DNA of 63,998 nucleotides, the filler included, from Candidatus Babelota bacterium (GTDB taxonomy: Bacteria; JAGOBX01), in the NCBI GenBank assembly GCA_017999075.1. It is 8 parts of 8 records of this genome, joined end to end, with 100 filler letters (N's around TTAATTAATTAA, not from the genome) between each part and the next. Parts side by side here need not be neighbours in the genome. Positions count along the whole stretch, not along the records: positions 1 to 15,808 come from JAGOBX010000021.1; positions 15,909 to 19,253 come from JAGOBX010000462.1; positions 19,354 to 35,061 come from JAGOBX010000022.1; 5 more parts are not named here. One strand, given 5' to 3'. Position 1 is the first letter of the stretch; every line of letters begins with the position of its first letter. The translations under genes were made by a program, and so were the position numbers. The notes beneath the pieces are model-generated. The model made no database searches and was not told the origin of the DNA. It saw nothing but the letters and a program-made list of their open reading frames with translations. Below, in pieces: positions 10,089 to 21,038 of the stretch.

Positions 10089-13000
10089 TTATTTAATGAT
10101 AATTTTTGATCCGAATGAGTTGCCGCGTATATTTTCGTTATACATTAATTCTGCAAATGCAGAAGGATTTGTAAATGTCCCTTCTACTGCAGCTTTAACT
10201 CTGAAATAAAAATTATAATTTCCCTGAGGCAATTCATTATAATAATATCTTATTTCATCATCGAGATACATTGAATATGATGGCTGTAAAGTTAATTTTT
10301 CCGAAGGTTTTGCAATCTCAGATGATATTTCAAGAGCAGGATTCATCGGTTCAAATCCGGCGGCTATAGGAACAGTTACCACTACGAAATTTTTCTTTTT
10401 AGGATTTATCACAGATGTATGGATTTCAATTATGTCTCCTATTTCATAATTTAATGATGTTCCGGGTCTGCTGATTTTGTTTCGCTTAATAATAGAATTA
10501 TCAGCGTCTATTTTAATAAATTCCATATCTACGACGAAACCGCTGTTTTCCTGACCGACCAAATATCCTGCCAATGCAGGAATATAAGATGTTTTAAATG
10601 AAGCAAATACTTTTTTTTCATTTTTTTTCATTACAACTTTTCCTGATTCAGTCAAGTTTGTTTTATAAAACTGCACAGGCGATTTTGAAGTTAACTCAAA
10701 TTTCTCTTTAGTTTTTCCAAGCGTTATTTCGAATTCTGTATTTTCATATTTTTTCTCGGGAATGGAAATAATATCTTTTAATGCCAAAAGAGCAGCGGCA
10801 TTGTTGATAGTGTTTCCCCAGCCATTATCCTTTCCGAGTAAAATCAGTTCATCAATCATCTGGTTCAATTTTGCGTTATTTGAATCGGTTCTCCACAATG
10901 AACGTACCATATTTGAAAGAGTCCGTTTTTCAGGACTTAACACTAAATCAGAATTATTATTTACCGGATAATTTTGAAGTCCTGAATATTTTTCAATTCC
11001 GTTTCTTAATGTAAAAATTGCATTTTCCCACAGTTCTTTTCTTAATTGTTCTAAATATTTTTTTTCAATTTTATTGCTGTTTTCAATTAGAGCAATCATT
11101 AATTTTGATTTTGAGTACAAATCCATATAATTAATTTTTTCATATAATTCTTTTCCATAGGAACTATCAAAATAACCCGCTCTTCCAAGAGAATATAATG
11201 CTTCAACGCGTTCGAGAAAAGACTGGCCGTCTATGAAATTTGAATAATCTGAACGTAAAGCGTTTTGTAAGACAGTTATAGGTCTCGCGAGTAATTTATC
11301 GGAAAATTTATATCCTGCTTTTTTTGCTTCAACAAGAAATTCAACTGTGTATGCGGTAAGATAAACGTATCCTTCACTTCCAGGCCAATATCCGTATAAT
11401 CCGTCAGAATTCAGACATTGTTCTATATAAAAAAAAGTTTCATTGATTTTTTCTTCGATTGATTTGACAAGTTCTTTCATTTTAAAAGAATCAAGGATTC
11501 CTCTTAACGCTACTGCAGAATAAGCTTGGCTTATTTTTTGTTCCAGGCAGCCGTGCGGATATTGAGCAAGATACGATAAAGCATCGGCAGTTTTTAAAAC
11601 GGCGATTTTGTCAGTTGCCATAAATTCGCGAATTAGACTGTTTTCTCTAAATTTTTCTTTTGGAAAAGGGAAACTGTAGTCTGAACCTGCTGTAAGCTCA
11701 GTGTCATACTGGTAAGAAATTTTTTTGCGGTCATCTTTTATAGGAAGGGTTATTTCAAAAGCGTCTCCTGCATTATCATAAATTCTCGTAAGCGATATTT
11801 TTATCTTCATATCTGTTTCGTTGATTTTCCCTGATTTTATAAGTTGCGGCGTTTGAATTTTTATATTGAAAAATAACTGTTCTGCCGCGTCTGATTTAAT
11901 AAAAATATTTTTTTGTGTTTCGCCGATGATTTCCGCGTTTTCAGTTTCAATCTCGCATTTTACATTTCCCGAATCGCCTTCTATAATTCGGCCTATTCCT
12001 CCTGCTTTGAATTCGTCTCCTATTCTTACAAAACGTGGAAGAGCAGGTTGAATAATAACAGGCAGCCGAACTGAAACTACAGATTTTGCAGTGCCGAATT
12101 TTTCTCCTGTTTTGTCGCATACAACAGCACGGATTTTGAAATTAGTCAAGTCGTCTGAAATATTGAATTTTATTGATATAATTCCGGAATCTCCTATTAA
12201 AATTGAAGGATTGTAGTAAGGTACTGTTTTAAAATTTTTTCTAACTGTATTTTTTTTCTTTATGTCTCCGCGTGATTTTCCGTCACCGCCTACTTCTTCA
12301 TTTAATAAAACCTTTCCTATAATTTTATTTCTGTAATCGATAATTCTGACTGAAGAAGGCAAAGGCTTAATCATATTTTTCAGCGGATCAATATTTTTCT
12401 CCTGAGATAGAGATAATACTGCCTCATCAACAAGCCAAAATGTTAATTCTCCGGAAACTGGTTTTAAATTATTATCGGTTATTTCTACTCTAAATTCCAC
12501 TTCGCTTCCCGGTAAAACCGTTCGAGGATGAATTAGTTTAACGTTTATATCATTTTCTACAGGTTTAATTTTTATATAGTTTGTAGAACAGACTGTTTGA
12601 GGCTTGTTTATATCTATTTTAGACTTTTTAATAAAATTGTTGGAATCCGAATTTCTTCCACGTATTAACATAAAATGAGCCGTAAGTTGAGGCGTAAAAT
12701 TTTTTGATATGGGAATTTCTATCACCGCATTTCCATTTTCTACAACAGACCATGAATAAACATTTTTTTCAGGTTCTTCTATTACTGTTAATATGTTTCC
12801 AGTTGAGAACGGGCTTTTAACAACAAGTTTGGCAATTTCTCCTGGGTTGTAGCTGTCTTTATCCGAAACTACTTTAAAAACATTATCTACGGCTTTTTCC
12901 CATGATACAGGTTTATCTGAATCTGATATATAAAAATCAGAAGATACTGCTTGAATTCTTCCTAATCTGTCTTTTCCTTCGATTTCTAAAATATAAACTC

Positions 13001-15808
13001 CTGAATTCAGATCAGGAATATCAATAATTTCAGTATTTTTTTTTGAAATAATTTTTTTTTCAAATATCAGGTTATCTACACTTTCAGTTACATATTCTGC
13101 TTTTGACTGAGAAAAATTTGCTTCACGCAAATATGAATGCCATTCTCTCTTTAATAATTTTACAGTCAGATTTACTCCTTCGCATAATTTTCCGTCAAAT
13201 GATACAACCTTGAATTCCGGTTTTATCATATCTGATTTATAAAATATTTTATTGTTTTTCAATCCTATCACAAAAGGAGGCAATGAAATTATGTCTTTTG
13301 TTCTTGTTACTGATTGCTGGTCAATATCCGTAACAGTAGCTTCAACACTGTAAATTCTTGGAGACCCATCGATTTCAGAACCAGGATTAATAACAATATT
13401 GCAGGCACCTGAATAGTCAATCAATCCGGAATCTTCTTTTAATCCATAACTTGAAAATGACTGGTAATTTCCGAAACGGTTATCTGAAGAATAAATGAAT
13501 CCGTCTTTTGTTTCCGATAAATATGCATAAGGATATTGAATAATACGCCATTGGACAGGTCTATTTGTTATTTTTCCGCCGGCATAATATTCTGCAGTTG
13601 TTTTAATATTAAATGGCCTGTCATTAGGGACAGAATCAGCAGAATATAATTGGATATCAAATGTAGGTATTTTATAAGCTTCTTTTTTAAACTGGGTTTT
13701 TGCAGCCAATGAAATTATTTCTTTACTGTCTTTTACGCTTACTGTATAATCTCCTGTAGGAAGTTTGTCCTCAATAAAAGTATAATTAAAACTTCCGAAT
13801 TCGGATAAACTGATTTTAGATTTCCAGATTTTGTCGCCCGGGCCTTTTATTTCAAGAACAAACCTGTCATTAAGTTCACGAGGAATAATTAACATCCCTT
13901 TATTTTTTTTTCTTATATATCCTTTAACAAAAACTTCTTCGTCAGGTTTATAAATAGGCCTTTCAGTAAATACGTGCAAAAAATATTCATTGTCATTTTC
14001 TAATGAATAAGGATCGTTGTTGAGCCAGTTAAGCCAGTTTGAATTTTCAGTTCTATACCAGTGATTATTTACAAAATAGGGAGGCGGGGTAACCGGATTT
14101 AATACCAGCATATCTTCATCTTTGCTGATTAAAATACGTTTCAAATTAGCATCTAATCTTTTTTTGTGGATATATTCGAAAATTCCTGATTCATCAGTAA
14201 ATCCTTCAATTAAATTTTTCCAATTATCATTATTTTGATTATAAGGTATACCTTGAATTGTTATTTTAGCTGATTTTATTGGATTTCCGGTTTTCACAGA
14301 AGTAACTATAAATTTGATGCATTGTTTTTCTTCCACCACACTTAATGACAAATCTGTAACCTGTATTCTTACATATTTTCTTGATGAATCACCATTTAAA
14401 CGCCGTGTTCCTACAAGGTATGTCCCGGGTTTGCCAATTCCGGAAATATCTTCAAAATATTGTTTTAATGAAATGCCGAACATTATTGTTTTATTATAAT
14501 CTGCCGATTCCAAATCCAAAATTTTTGATATTAATGGAGAACCGAGCATTTTTATATGTTTTGAAATTTGATCATCATTAATACTATCGTTTTCATTACT
14601 TTGGTTTTCTGTATTTTCATAATATTCTCCATTTTCTTCATCATTATATCTTTGCCGGAAGTGAGTTTCCTGAATCTGTTCAGCAACTGCTTCGTTTGTA
14701 TTAGGTTCCTGTCCTGGACGCGGAGGTTCATTTTTTTCATTTATATTTATAGGTTTTGAAGGAAACGGCCAGAATGCTCTGTTTAACGGATCTATTTTAT
14801 AAATTCTTAAATCTATTTTTTCTTCACTTCTGCCAGTAACAGGAAAATCCTGTGGACCGAATAATTCAACAATTCCTTCACTTTGTTTCCAATTGAATAA
14901 TGATTCATCGCGTTTCATAAAAAAATAAAATTCAACATTTTTTTTCAAATCAAGATATCTATTATCAACATCTTTTATTTTTGCTGGAGATATAATTGCT
15001 TTATATAATTTTTCTTTCTCAAATTTTCCGTAAATATTAATGTTTTGACCGCTGACATCGAAATTAACAATTTCTGCTGAAGGAGAAAAGCGTACTAATT
15101 TTTTTATATCAGATAATGTCAATGCTGATAAAGGCGATGAAAAATTTAAAACTATAGAATTTTGCCTGATTCCGGATATTGCTTGTTCTTTGTCATACAA
15201 AACACCATTTTTTGTTATAGGTAAAATTGCGGATTCAGGAATACCGGCATATTTTAATTGAAAAGTTTCTTTAGTTGAAAAACAATATTTTATTGAAGAT
15301 TTTTCGTCGTCGATCGCGAGCTTGAAATTTAGTATTGTCTTAATTCCGGATTTTATCGGTTCTTTTAGAGATATTATATATTTTGCATTTTGATTTTTAG
15401 AATACCGTTGTGCCTGTTTTACAGAAAAATCAGACTGAGGAATAATAATTTTGTTGTCAGCGTCAGTACCAGGAAGTTCAAACTGTTCTATTTGTATCAT
15501 TTTTTTCAAGTCATTTGTGGAAATTTCATATTTGAAAGTTAAAGTAATATCTTTGATTTCAGGATTGTCATTTGAATTGTTGGCAGGATTCATTGAGTCA
15601 GGTGGATCCATCAATGTAATAAGGCTGTGCTTATGGTTTCCAACCTGCACAAAATATTTTTTTAAAGGAAACCATTGAGATGCCGGTCTTAACTGTAAAG
15701 TTTTATCGTCTATCCATCTGTATTCTCCAGATTGTTTGAAATCGGTTATAATATATTTTGAAGGATTATCTTCAGAACAAGGCGCTTCTTTTTTTTGAGA
15801 AACTCTGA
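10089..15808 (-). CDS. Bacterial alpha-2-macroglobulin (YfhM-like), 5' partial
   Basis: TERPIYKP (MG2), VDEAVLSL, VRKNF, DDLTNF, PALPRF; thioester YPHGCLEQ (CLEQ at 11538-11549); frame stays open to the contig end (GEYRWIDDKTLQLRP). Confidence 0.93.
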
Positions 15809-15908
15809 NNNNNNNNNNNNNNNNNNNNNNNNNNNNNNNNNNNNNNNNNNNNTTAATTAATTAANNNNNNNNNNNNNNNNNNNNNNNNNNNNNNNNNNNN
15901 NNNNNNNN
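15809..15908. other. Artificial contig linker
   Basis: N-run + TTAATTAATTAA (stops in all frames) + N-run, 100 nt. Confidence 0.99.
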
Positions 15909-15910
15909 AA

Positions 15911-18043
15911 TTAAAACAAACGCCGCAAATATTATTTCTATTTACCCGCGTATTTTACATTACTGCGCGTCAAATCTATTCAACAAAAGCAGACAAAAAT
16001 GATTCGATTGATAATAACTGCGATTCATTTAAAACATTAAAAAAAATTATTGGCGGTCTGGATTCAAACGATTTACAGGAAAGATTTTATCGGTTAATTG
16101 AAATTATCATTAGATTAGTTGAACGCCGGCATATATGGAACGAATATTTGAATGCTTTGGAAGCAATTTTCAAACTCAAGGATTTCTTTTGTTCTATGTT
16201 CGAGAATATGGCGGCTGAATTAAAAGAAGAATTTATATTCAGACCCGTAGATATTGTTTTTGAAATCGGCGCGGATAATCTCAATCAAATTGAATTATTC
16301 CTGCTTACCGCTCATCTGCCGGATATTTTTCAGCATCATTATTATTTTAAGTCACTGCATTTATCTGGAACAGCTTATTCTGAATTTACTGAAAGTATAT
16401 GGCTTGAGTTTTTGAACAAAACAAATTCGCCGGCAATCAAACTCGATATTTTGCTGCGCGCAAGGCATTTCAATAATCTTAATCTGTTAAAATATGTTAA
16501 AGAATACAATCAATCGCTCGACAAAAATCTTTATATAATTGAATTATTAAAAATTATTGACGAAACAGATGCGCAATTCGATGTATTGCTTAATTCTATC
16601 AGCGAAGATAATAAATCCTTTGCAGTTAACGAAATTTTATATAATAAATTACGCGAGCCGCATTCCGCGATTGTTCGCGGCGATTTATCTTTGATTAGAA
16701 AGCTGAGCGTTTTAGAATATAAATACCTGCATTTTACAGTTAATAACCTTATTACATTACCGTATTATTATAAATATTATTTATATAAAAACAGGAATGA
16801 AATTAAACATAATTTTGCAACTGATTCTGACAGTTCAACCGATAATAATTTTTTTGTTTTTATTATGAAATATATAATTGCCGTATTGGCTGATTCGGAT
16901 AACTCAGTATCTCTTCAAGATATTATGAAGACATTCTTGAATTTTGGAAAGTTTGAAAATTCCGCTGATATTTACGCTTATTTTGATAAAAATATGTTCG
17001 AACTCTCTGCGCTGATTAATAAAAATAATTATAAAGAAATTTTATGCGATGATTATATTGAAAATAAAAAAATGAATTTTCTGAATATCAGGATTGCAAT
17101 TGATATTGTAAATAAAATCGATGCGGAGTATGCTTGTTCATATCTTAAAACTAAACTTGAAAATCTTTATGCAGCCGCCAATAATAAGATTGAATTTTAT
17201 CAGAATATTTTTACGGTGTTTGCCTATGATTGCGGCGCGATGGATGCGGATTATTATTTTAAATACATTGAGCGGGTGCCGGCCGCTGAACTGAAATTTT
17301 CGGTTAAAAATATTTTAACTAATTTTATCAGCGGTTTTAAAAAATCAGGAAAAAATGATAGAGCGGACCTCTACAATAAATTGATTAATGTTAACGAAAA
17401 TAATATTTATAAATTATGCGCGGTTATTGCAATACTTGAAAACTGCAACGAAAATGACAATAACGAATTTTCTAAATATTCAACGCAATTATTTAAAATA
17501 ATTGATATACTGGATAATGAAAATAAAATTCGCGTAATTGATTACGAACTTTTAAATGTTTTTATAATGCGCGATAATAAAGCGGATGTTATTCAGCTTA
17601 TTGCAGTAATCGAACGATTGCTTGAGAATAATAAAAATAATATTTATATGTATTTGCTTGCGCTTGACGCGGCAGGATTTTCTAAATATTTGAATAGAAA
17701 TTTTGTATGCAGGTTGGCTGAATATCTTTATGATAATATCGCGTATTTAGAAAATTGTTCTGAATATTACGGTTTTACAGATGCAATTTCAGGACAAAAT
17801 AATGAATTTCCGTTTATACGCAATTTGATTGATTGTTTAGTTGAAGCAGGTTTTTTCGAAAATAATAATAAGACGCTTCAGAATTTTATAAAAAGGTTTG
17901 CGCGGTTTCCGCAATATACAATGTATCTTACAGGCAAATTAATTTATAAATATTTTGAAACTCAATCTGATGAGCATAAAAAAATAATGTTGGCTAATAT
18001 GATTAGCGATATTGATTTTATTAATACGCGGAATTTTGAATAA
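15911..18043 (+). CDS. Hypothetical helical, Asn/Tyr-rich protein, 5' partial
   Basis: Frame is open from the contig start through the listed 16148 start; more than 700 codons; no recognisable motif. Confidence 0.7.
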   Translation, partial: LKQTPQILFLFTRVFYITARQIYSTKADKNDSIDNNCDSFKTLKKIIGGLDSNDLQERFYRLIEIIIRLVERRHIWNEYLNALEAIFKLKDFFCSMFENMAAELKEEFIFRPVDIVFEIGADNLNQIELFLLTAHLPDIFQHHYYFKSLHLSGTAYSEFTESIWLEFLNKTNSPAIKLDILLRARHFNNLNLLKYVKEYNQSLDKNLYIIELLKIIDETDAQFDVLLNSISEDNKSFAVNEILYNKLREPHSAIVRGDLSLIRKLSVLEYKYLHFTVNNLITLPYYYKYYLYKNRNEIKHNFATDSDSSTDNNFFVFIMKYIIAVLADSDNSVSLQDIMKTFLNFGKFENSADIYAYFDKNMFELSALINKNNYKEILCDDYIENKKMNFLNIRIAIDIVNKIDAEYACSYLKTKLENLYAAANNKIEFYQNIFTVFAYDCGAMDADYYFKYIERVPAAELKFSVKNILTNFISGFKKSGKNDRADLYNKLINVNENNIYKLCAVIAILENCNENDNNEFSKYSTQLFKIIDILDNENKIRVIDYELLNVFIMRDNKADVIQLIAVIERLLENNKNNIYMYLLALDAAGFSKYLNRNFVCRLAEYLYDNIAYLENCSEYYGFTDAISGQNNEFPFIRNLIDCLVEAGFFENNNKTLQNFIKRFARFPQYTMYLTGKLIYKYFETQSDEHKKIMLANMISDIDFINTRNFE

Positions 18044-18059
18044 TAAAAGGATGTGCAAA

Positions 18060-19115
18060 ATGGATATTAAAAATTCAATATGTGTGATAGGTATAGGCGG
18101 CGCTGGTATAAACTGCATTGAAACAAACATTATAAAAAATAAATCGCTTTTGGATGTTGATGTTTTTGCGGTTGATTCCGATAATCAGACATTAGACAAG
18201 GTTAGAAATAGTTGCGTATTTCCTATTCAGACAGGCGTAACATCATTGAACGGCTTGAGTTCGGGCGCGGATTTGCTTAACGGGCGGCGCGCGTTCAAAG
18301 AAAAAGCGGTCGAGATTGAAAGCATTTTAAAAAATAAAAAATTAGTAATTATAATCGCCTCGCTTACGCGCGGCACAGGCGCAGCCGGTATTTTCGAGAT
18401 TATTAATATTGCTGAAAAATATTCAATCAATATTATACCGATAATAATCAACCCATTCGATTTTGAAGGTCCGCAAAACCGGTTCGTCAATGATTTGCAT
18501 CTTTATATTATCTCGCATTTTAATAAACATATTTTCATTATTGACAATCAGAAAATGATGAACTTTCAAAACGAGAATTTTGTTAATACCTGCGAAAAAG
18601 TTAATATTATAATCTGGAAATTTATTAATCAGATTTTGAATTACTGTATTTTGAATCAATCCGCCAGAATAATGCCTGCGATGTTTTCAGCAGCCGAAAA
18701 CACTGAAGACATTCTTAAAATTGAAGTTTATGATAAAGAATTTAAAAATATCAGCGGGCTTGTAACGCGCATACGCAAAGACGCTGCGCTGATGAATAAT
18801 TATATGTCGTCATTTATCGGCATCATTGAATCGTATAAAAAACGCATAGAAAAACTTGAGAAAGGCGAGACAACGATTGAAACCGCAGTCAATAAACCCG
18901 TTAATTTTGAGGTATATTCACAAAATTCAACTGCCGTTACTATTGCCGGAACATTCAATAACTGGGAACCCGATATGTATAAACTGAATTCTGTCGGCAA
19001 TGACAAATGGCAGATTATTCTTAATCTACCGACCGGCAGATATGAATACAAATTTATCGCTGACGGCGACTGGGACAAACTTAATCAGTGGAACAGGGTA
19101 ACGGTTATAAGATGA
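18060..19115 (+). CDS. FtsZ/tubulin-like GTPase N-domain fused to a coiled coil and a CBM48/AMPK-beta-like glycogen-binding domain
   Basis: VIGIGGAGIN, AVDSD, ASLTRGTGAAG, PFDFEG, IDNQK; C-terminal VTIAGTFNNW...W...LNLPTGRYEYKFIADGDW; AGGATG RBS before ATG 18060. Confidence 0.85.
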   Translation: MDIKNSICVIGIGGAGINCIETNIIKNKSLLDVDVFAVDSDNQTLDKVRNSCVFPIQTGVTSLNGLSSGADLLNGRRAFKEKAVEIESILKNKKLVIIIASLTRGTGAAGIFEIINIAEKYSINIIPIIINPFDFEGPQNRFVNDLHLYIISHFNKHIFIIDNQKMMNFQNENFVNTCEKVNIIIWKFINQILNYCILNQSARIMPAMFSAAENTEDILKIEVYDKEFKNISGLVTRIRKDAALMNNYMSSFIGIIESYKKRIEKLEKGETTIETAVNKPVNFEVYSQNSTAVTIAGTFNNWEPDMYKLNSVGNDKWQIILNLPTGRYEYKFIADGDWDKLNQWNRVTVIR

Positions 19116-19213
19116 CTAACTGAATTTGATTTCAATTTTATTTAATAAAAATTATTTTATATAAAATGCAATGCATAAGAACAAGTTATAAGAAATGCAG
19201 CCCTAAAGAAATA

Positions 19214-19242
19214 TTGACTAACAAAAAAATTACATTTATAAT
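19214..19242 (+). promoter_or_regulatory. Putative sigma70 promoter for a gene beyond the contig end
   Basis: TTGACT-17nt-TATAAT. Confidence 0.5.
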
Positions 19243-19253
19243 ATATTAATTTT

Positions 19254-19353
19254 NNNNNNNNNNNNNNNNNNNNNNNNNNNNNNNNNNNNNNNNNNNNTTA
19301 ATTAATTAANNNNNNNNNNNNNNNNNNNNNNNNNNNNNNNNNNNNNNNNNNNN
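19254..19353. other. Artificial contig linker
   Basis: N-run/TTAATTAATTAA/N-run. Confidence 0.99.
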
Positions 19354-19896
19354 TTTTATTCTGTTAGTATAGATGTTCAGGAATTATTCTATAAATTGCG
19401 ATATCCTGCAATATATGAAAAAGTTGAAAATAATATTAAAGAATTTTTAAATATGAATAATAATAAAATAAAAACTCAAGTTTCACTAGTAAAAACAAGG
19501 TATCATAATGAGGAAGATTTGGATTTATTCAAAAAAATATGGGAGGATAAAGTGAATATAGTCCGGATATATGAGGAACATTCTAGTGACGGGAAATTTG
19601 GTTCATTGAAAATTAAAAGAAATAACCGACAAACTTGTGTGATGCCTTTTTATGAAATGCTTGTTTATTACAATGGCACATTAGGTAGATGTAACCATGA
19701 CTGGGACAGCAACGATATTGGCGATTTGAATTATAATTCTATATCCGAAATATGGAATAATAATTTTTATAAAGATTTGCGCGTTCAGCATAAGAGTTTA
19801 AAAATAACAGATGAAGTTTGTAAGAATTGTGATTGCTGGTATCCTGAAATTGCAAAACAAGGAACAGGAGAAGTTATAAAAAATGAAAAAAATTGA
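19354..19896 (+). CDS. Radical SAM/SPASM-domain protein, C-terminal part (5' partial)
   Basis: Open from contig start; SPASM/twitch motif C-x-x-PF...G...C..DW...IG...IW...CKNC. Confidence 0.8.
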   Translation, partial: FYSVSIDVQELFYKLRYPAIYEKVENNIKEFLNMNNNKIKTQVSLVKTRYHNEEDLDLFKKIWEDKVNIVRIYEEHSSDGKFGSLKIKRNNRQTCVMPFYEMLVYYNGTLGRCNHDWDSNDIGDLNYNSISEIWNNNFYKDLRVQHKSLKITDEVCKNCDCWYPEIAKQGTGEVIKNEKN

Positions 19897-21022
19897 TAAT
19901 TTTATACCGCTTGCAAAGCCCGTAATAACAGATTCTGAAATAAATTCTGTTGTGGAAGTTATAAATTCTGGCTTTTGGACCACAGGTCCTAAAGTAAAAG
20001 AATTTGAGACGCAAATAATAAATTATTTGGGAAATGATTTGTTCTGTATTGCTTTGAATTCATGTACAGCAGGATTGTTTTTGAGTTTGAAAGCTTTGAA
20101 TATCGCTGCTGATGATGAAGTGATTGTTCCCACTTGGACATTTGCCGCTACAGCTCAAGTTGTTGAATGGGCAGGAGCTAAATTAGTTTTATGCGATGTT
20201 GAAGAAAGCAGTCTTAATATAGATGTTGATAAACTTGAAAAATTAATTACATCAAAAACAAAAGCAATAGTGCCGGTTCATTTTGCAGGATATCCATGTG
20301 ATATGGATAGAATTTTAAATCTTGCAAATAAATATAATTTATATGTTATTGAGGATGCGGCCCACGCAATTGGTTCGAAATATAAAAATATTAAAATAGG
20401 TAATTTTGGAGATACAACAGTATTTTCATTTTATGCTACTAAAAATCTTGCTTGCGGGGAAGGTGGGATGGTTGTTTCCAAAAACGGGAAACTGATTGAA
20501 AAAATATCTAAATTATCTTACTTTGGGATAAATAAATCTGCTTTTAACCGTTATACTGAAAAAGGCAACTGGTATTATGAAATTGAAGATTTAGGATATA
20601 AATTTAATTTTGATGATATTCATGCTGCTATAGCGCTTGAACAATTAAAAAAAATAGATATTATGAATAATCGGCGACGGGAGATTGCAAAGTATTATAA
20701 AGAAAATTTAGACAGTAAAATAACTTTTATTAAAGATTCTGAAGATAAATACCATACATATCATTTATTTCCTATAATATTACCGGGAAATATTAATAGA
20801 GATGAATTTATTCTGAAATTGAAAGAAATGAACATAGGGGCAAGTGTTCATTTTATTCCTCTTCACAAACATCCTTATTATAAAAAAAAATATTTAGATA
20901 AACATTTTCCGGCTGCAGATAAAATTTATCCGAATATTTTATCAATACCGATGTCTCCTGTATTAAAAGATATTGAAATTAAATATATTGCTGAAATTAT
21001 AAATAACTTAGTAATAAACTAA
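19883..21022 (+). CDS. DegT/DnrJ/EryC1/StrS PLP-dependent sugar aminotransferase
   Basis: TTGPKVKEFE, NSCTAGL, PVHFAG, IEDAAHA, FSFYATKNL, GEGG. Confidence 0.95.
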   Translation: MKKIDNFIPLAKPVITDSEINSVVEVINSGFWTTGPKVKEFETQIINYLGNDLFCIALNSCTAGLFLSLKALNIAADDEVIVPTWTFAATAQVVEWAGAKLVLCDVEESSLNIDVDKLEKLITSKTKAIVPVHFAGYPCDMDRILNLANKYNLYVIEDAAHAIGSKYKNIKIGNFGDTTVFSFYATKNLACGEGGMVVSKNGKLIEKISKLSYFGINKSAFNRYTEKGNWYYEIEDLGYKFNFDDIHAAIALEQLKKIDIMNNRRREIAKYYKENLDSKITFIKDSEDKYHTYHLFPIILPGNINRDEFILKLKEMNIGASVHFIPLHKHPYYKKKYLDKHFPAADKIYPNILSIPMSPVLKDIEIKYIAEIINNLVIN

Positions 21023-21038
21023 GGCGGAGGAGTTATTT

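Noticed and set aside
18060-19115. Calling this the cell-division gene ftsZ
   Set aside because: Degenerate signature, no T7 loop or C-terminal domain, and no dcw cluster context.
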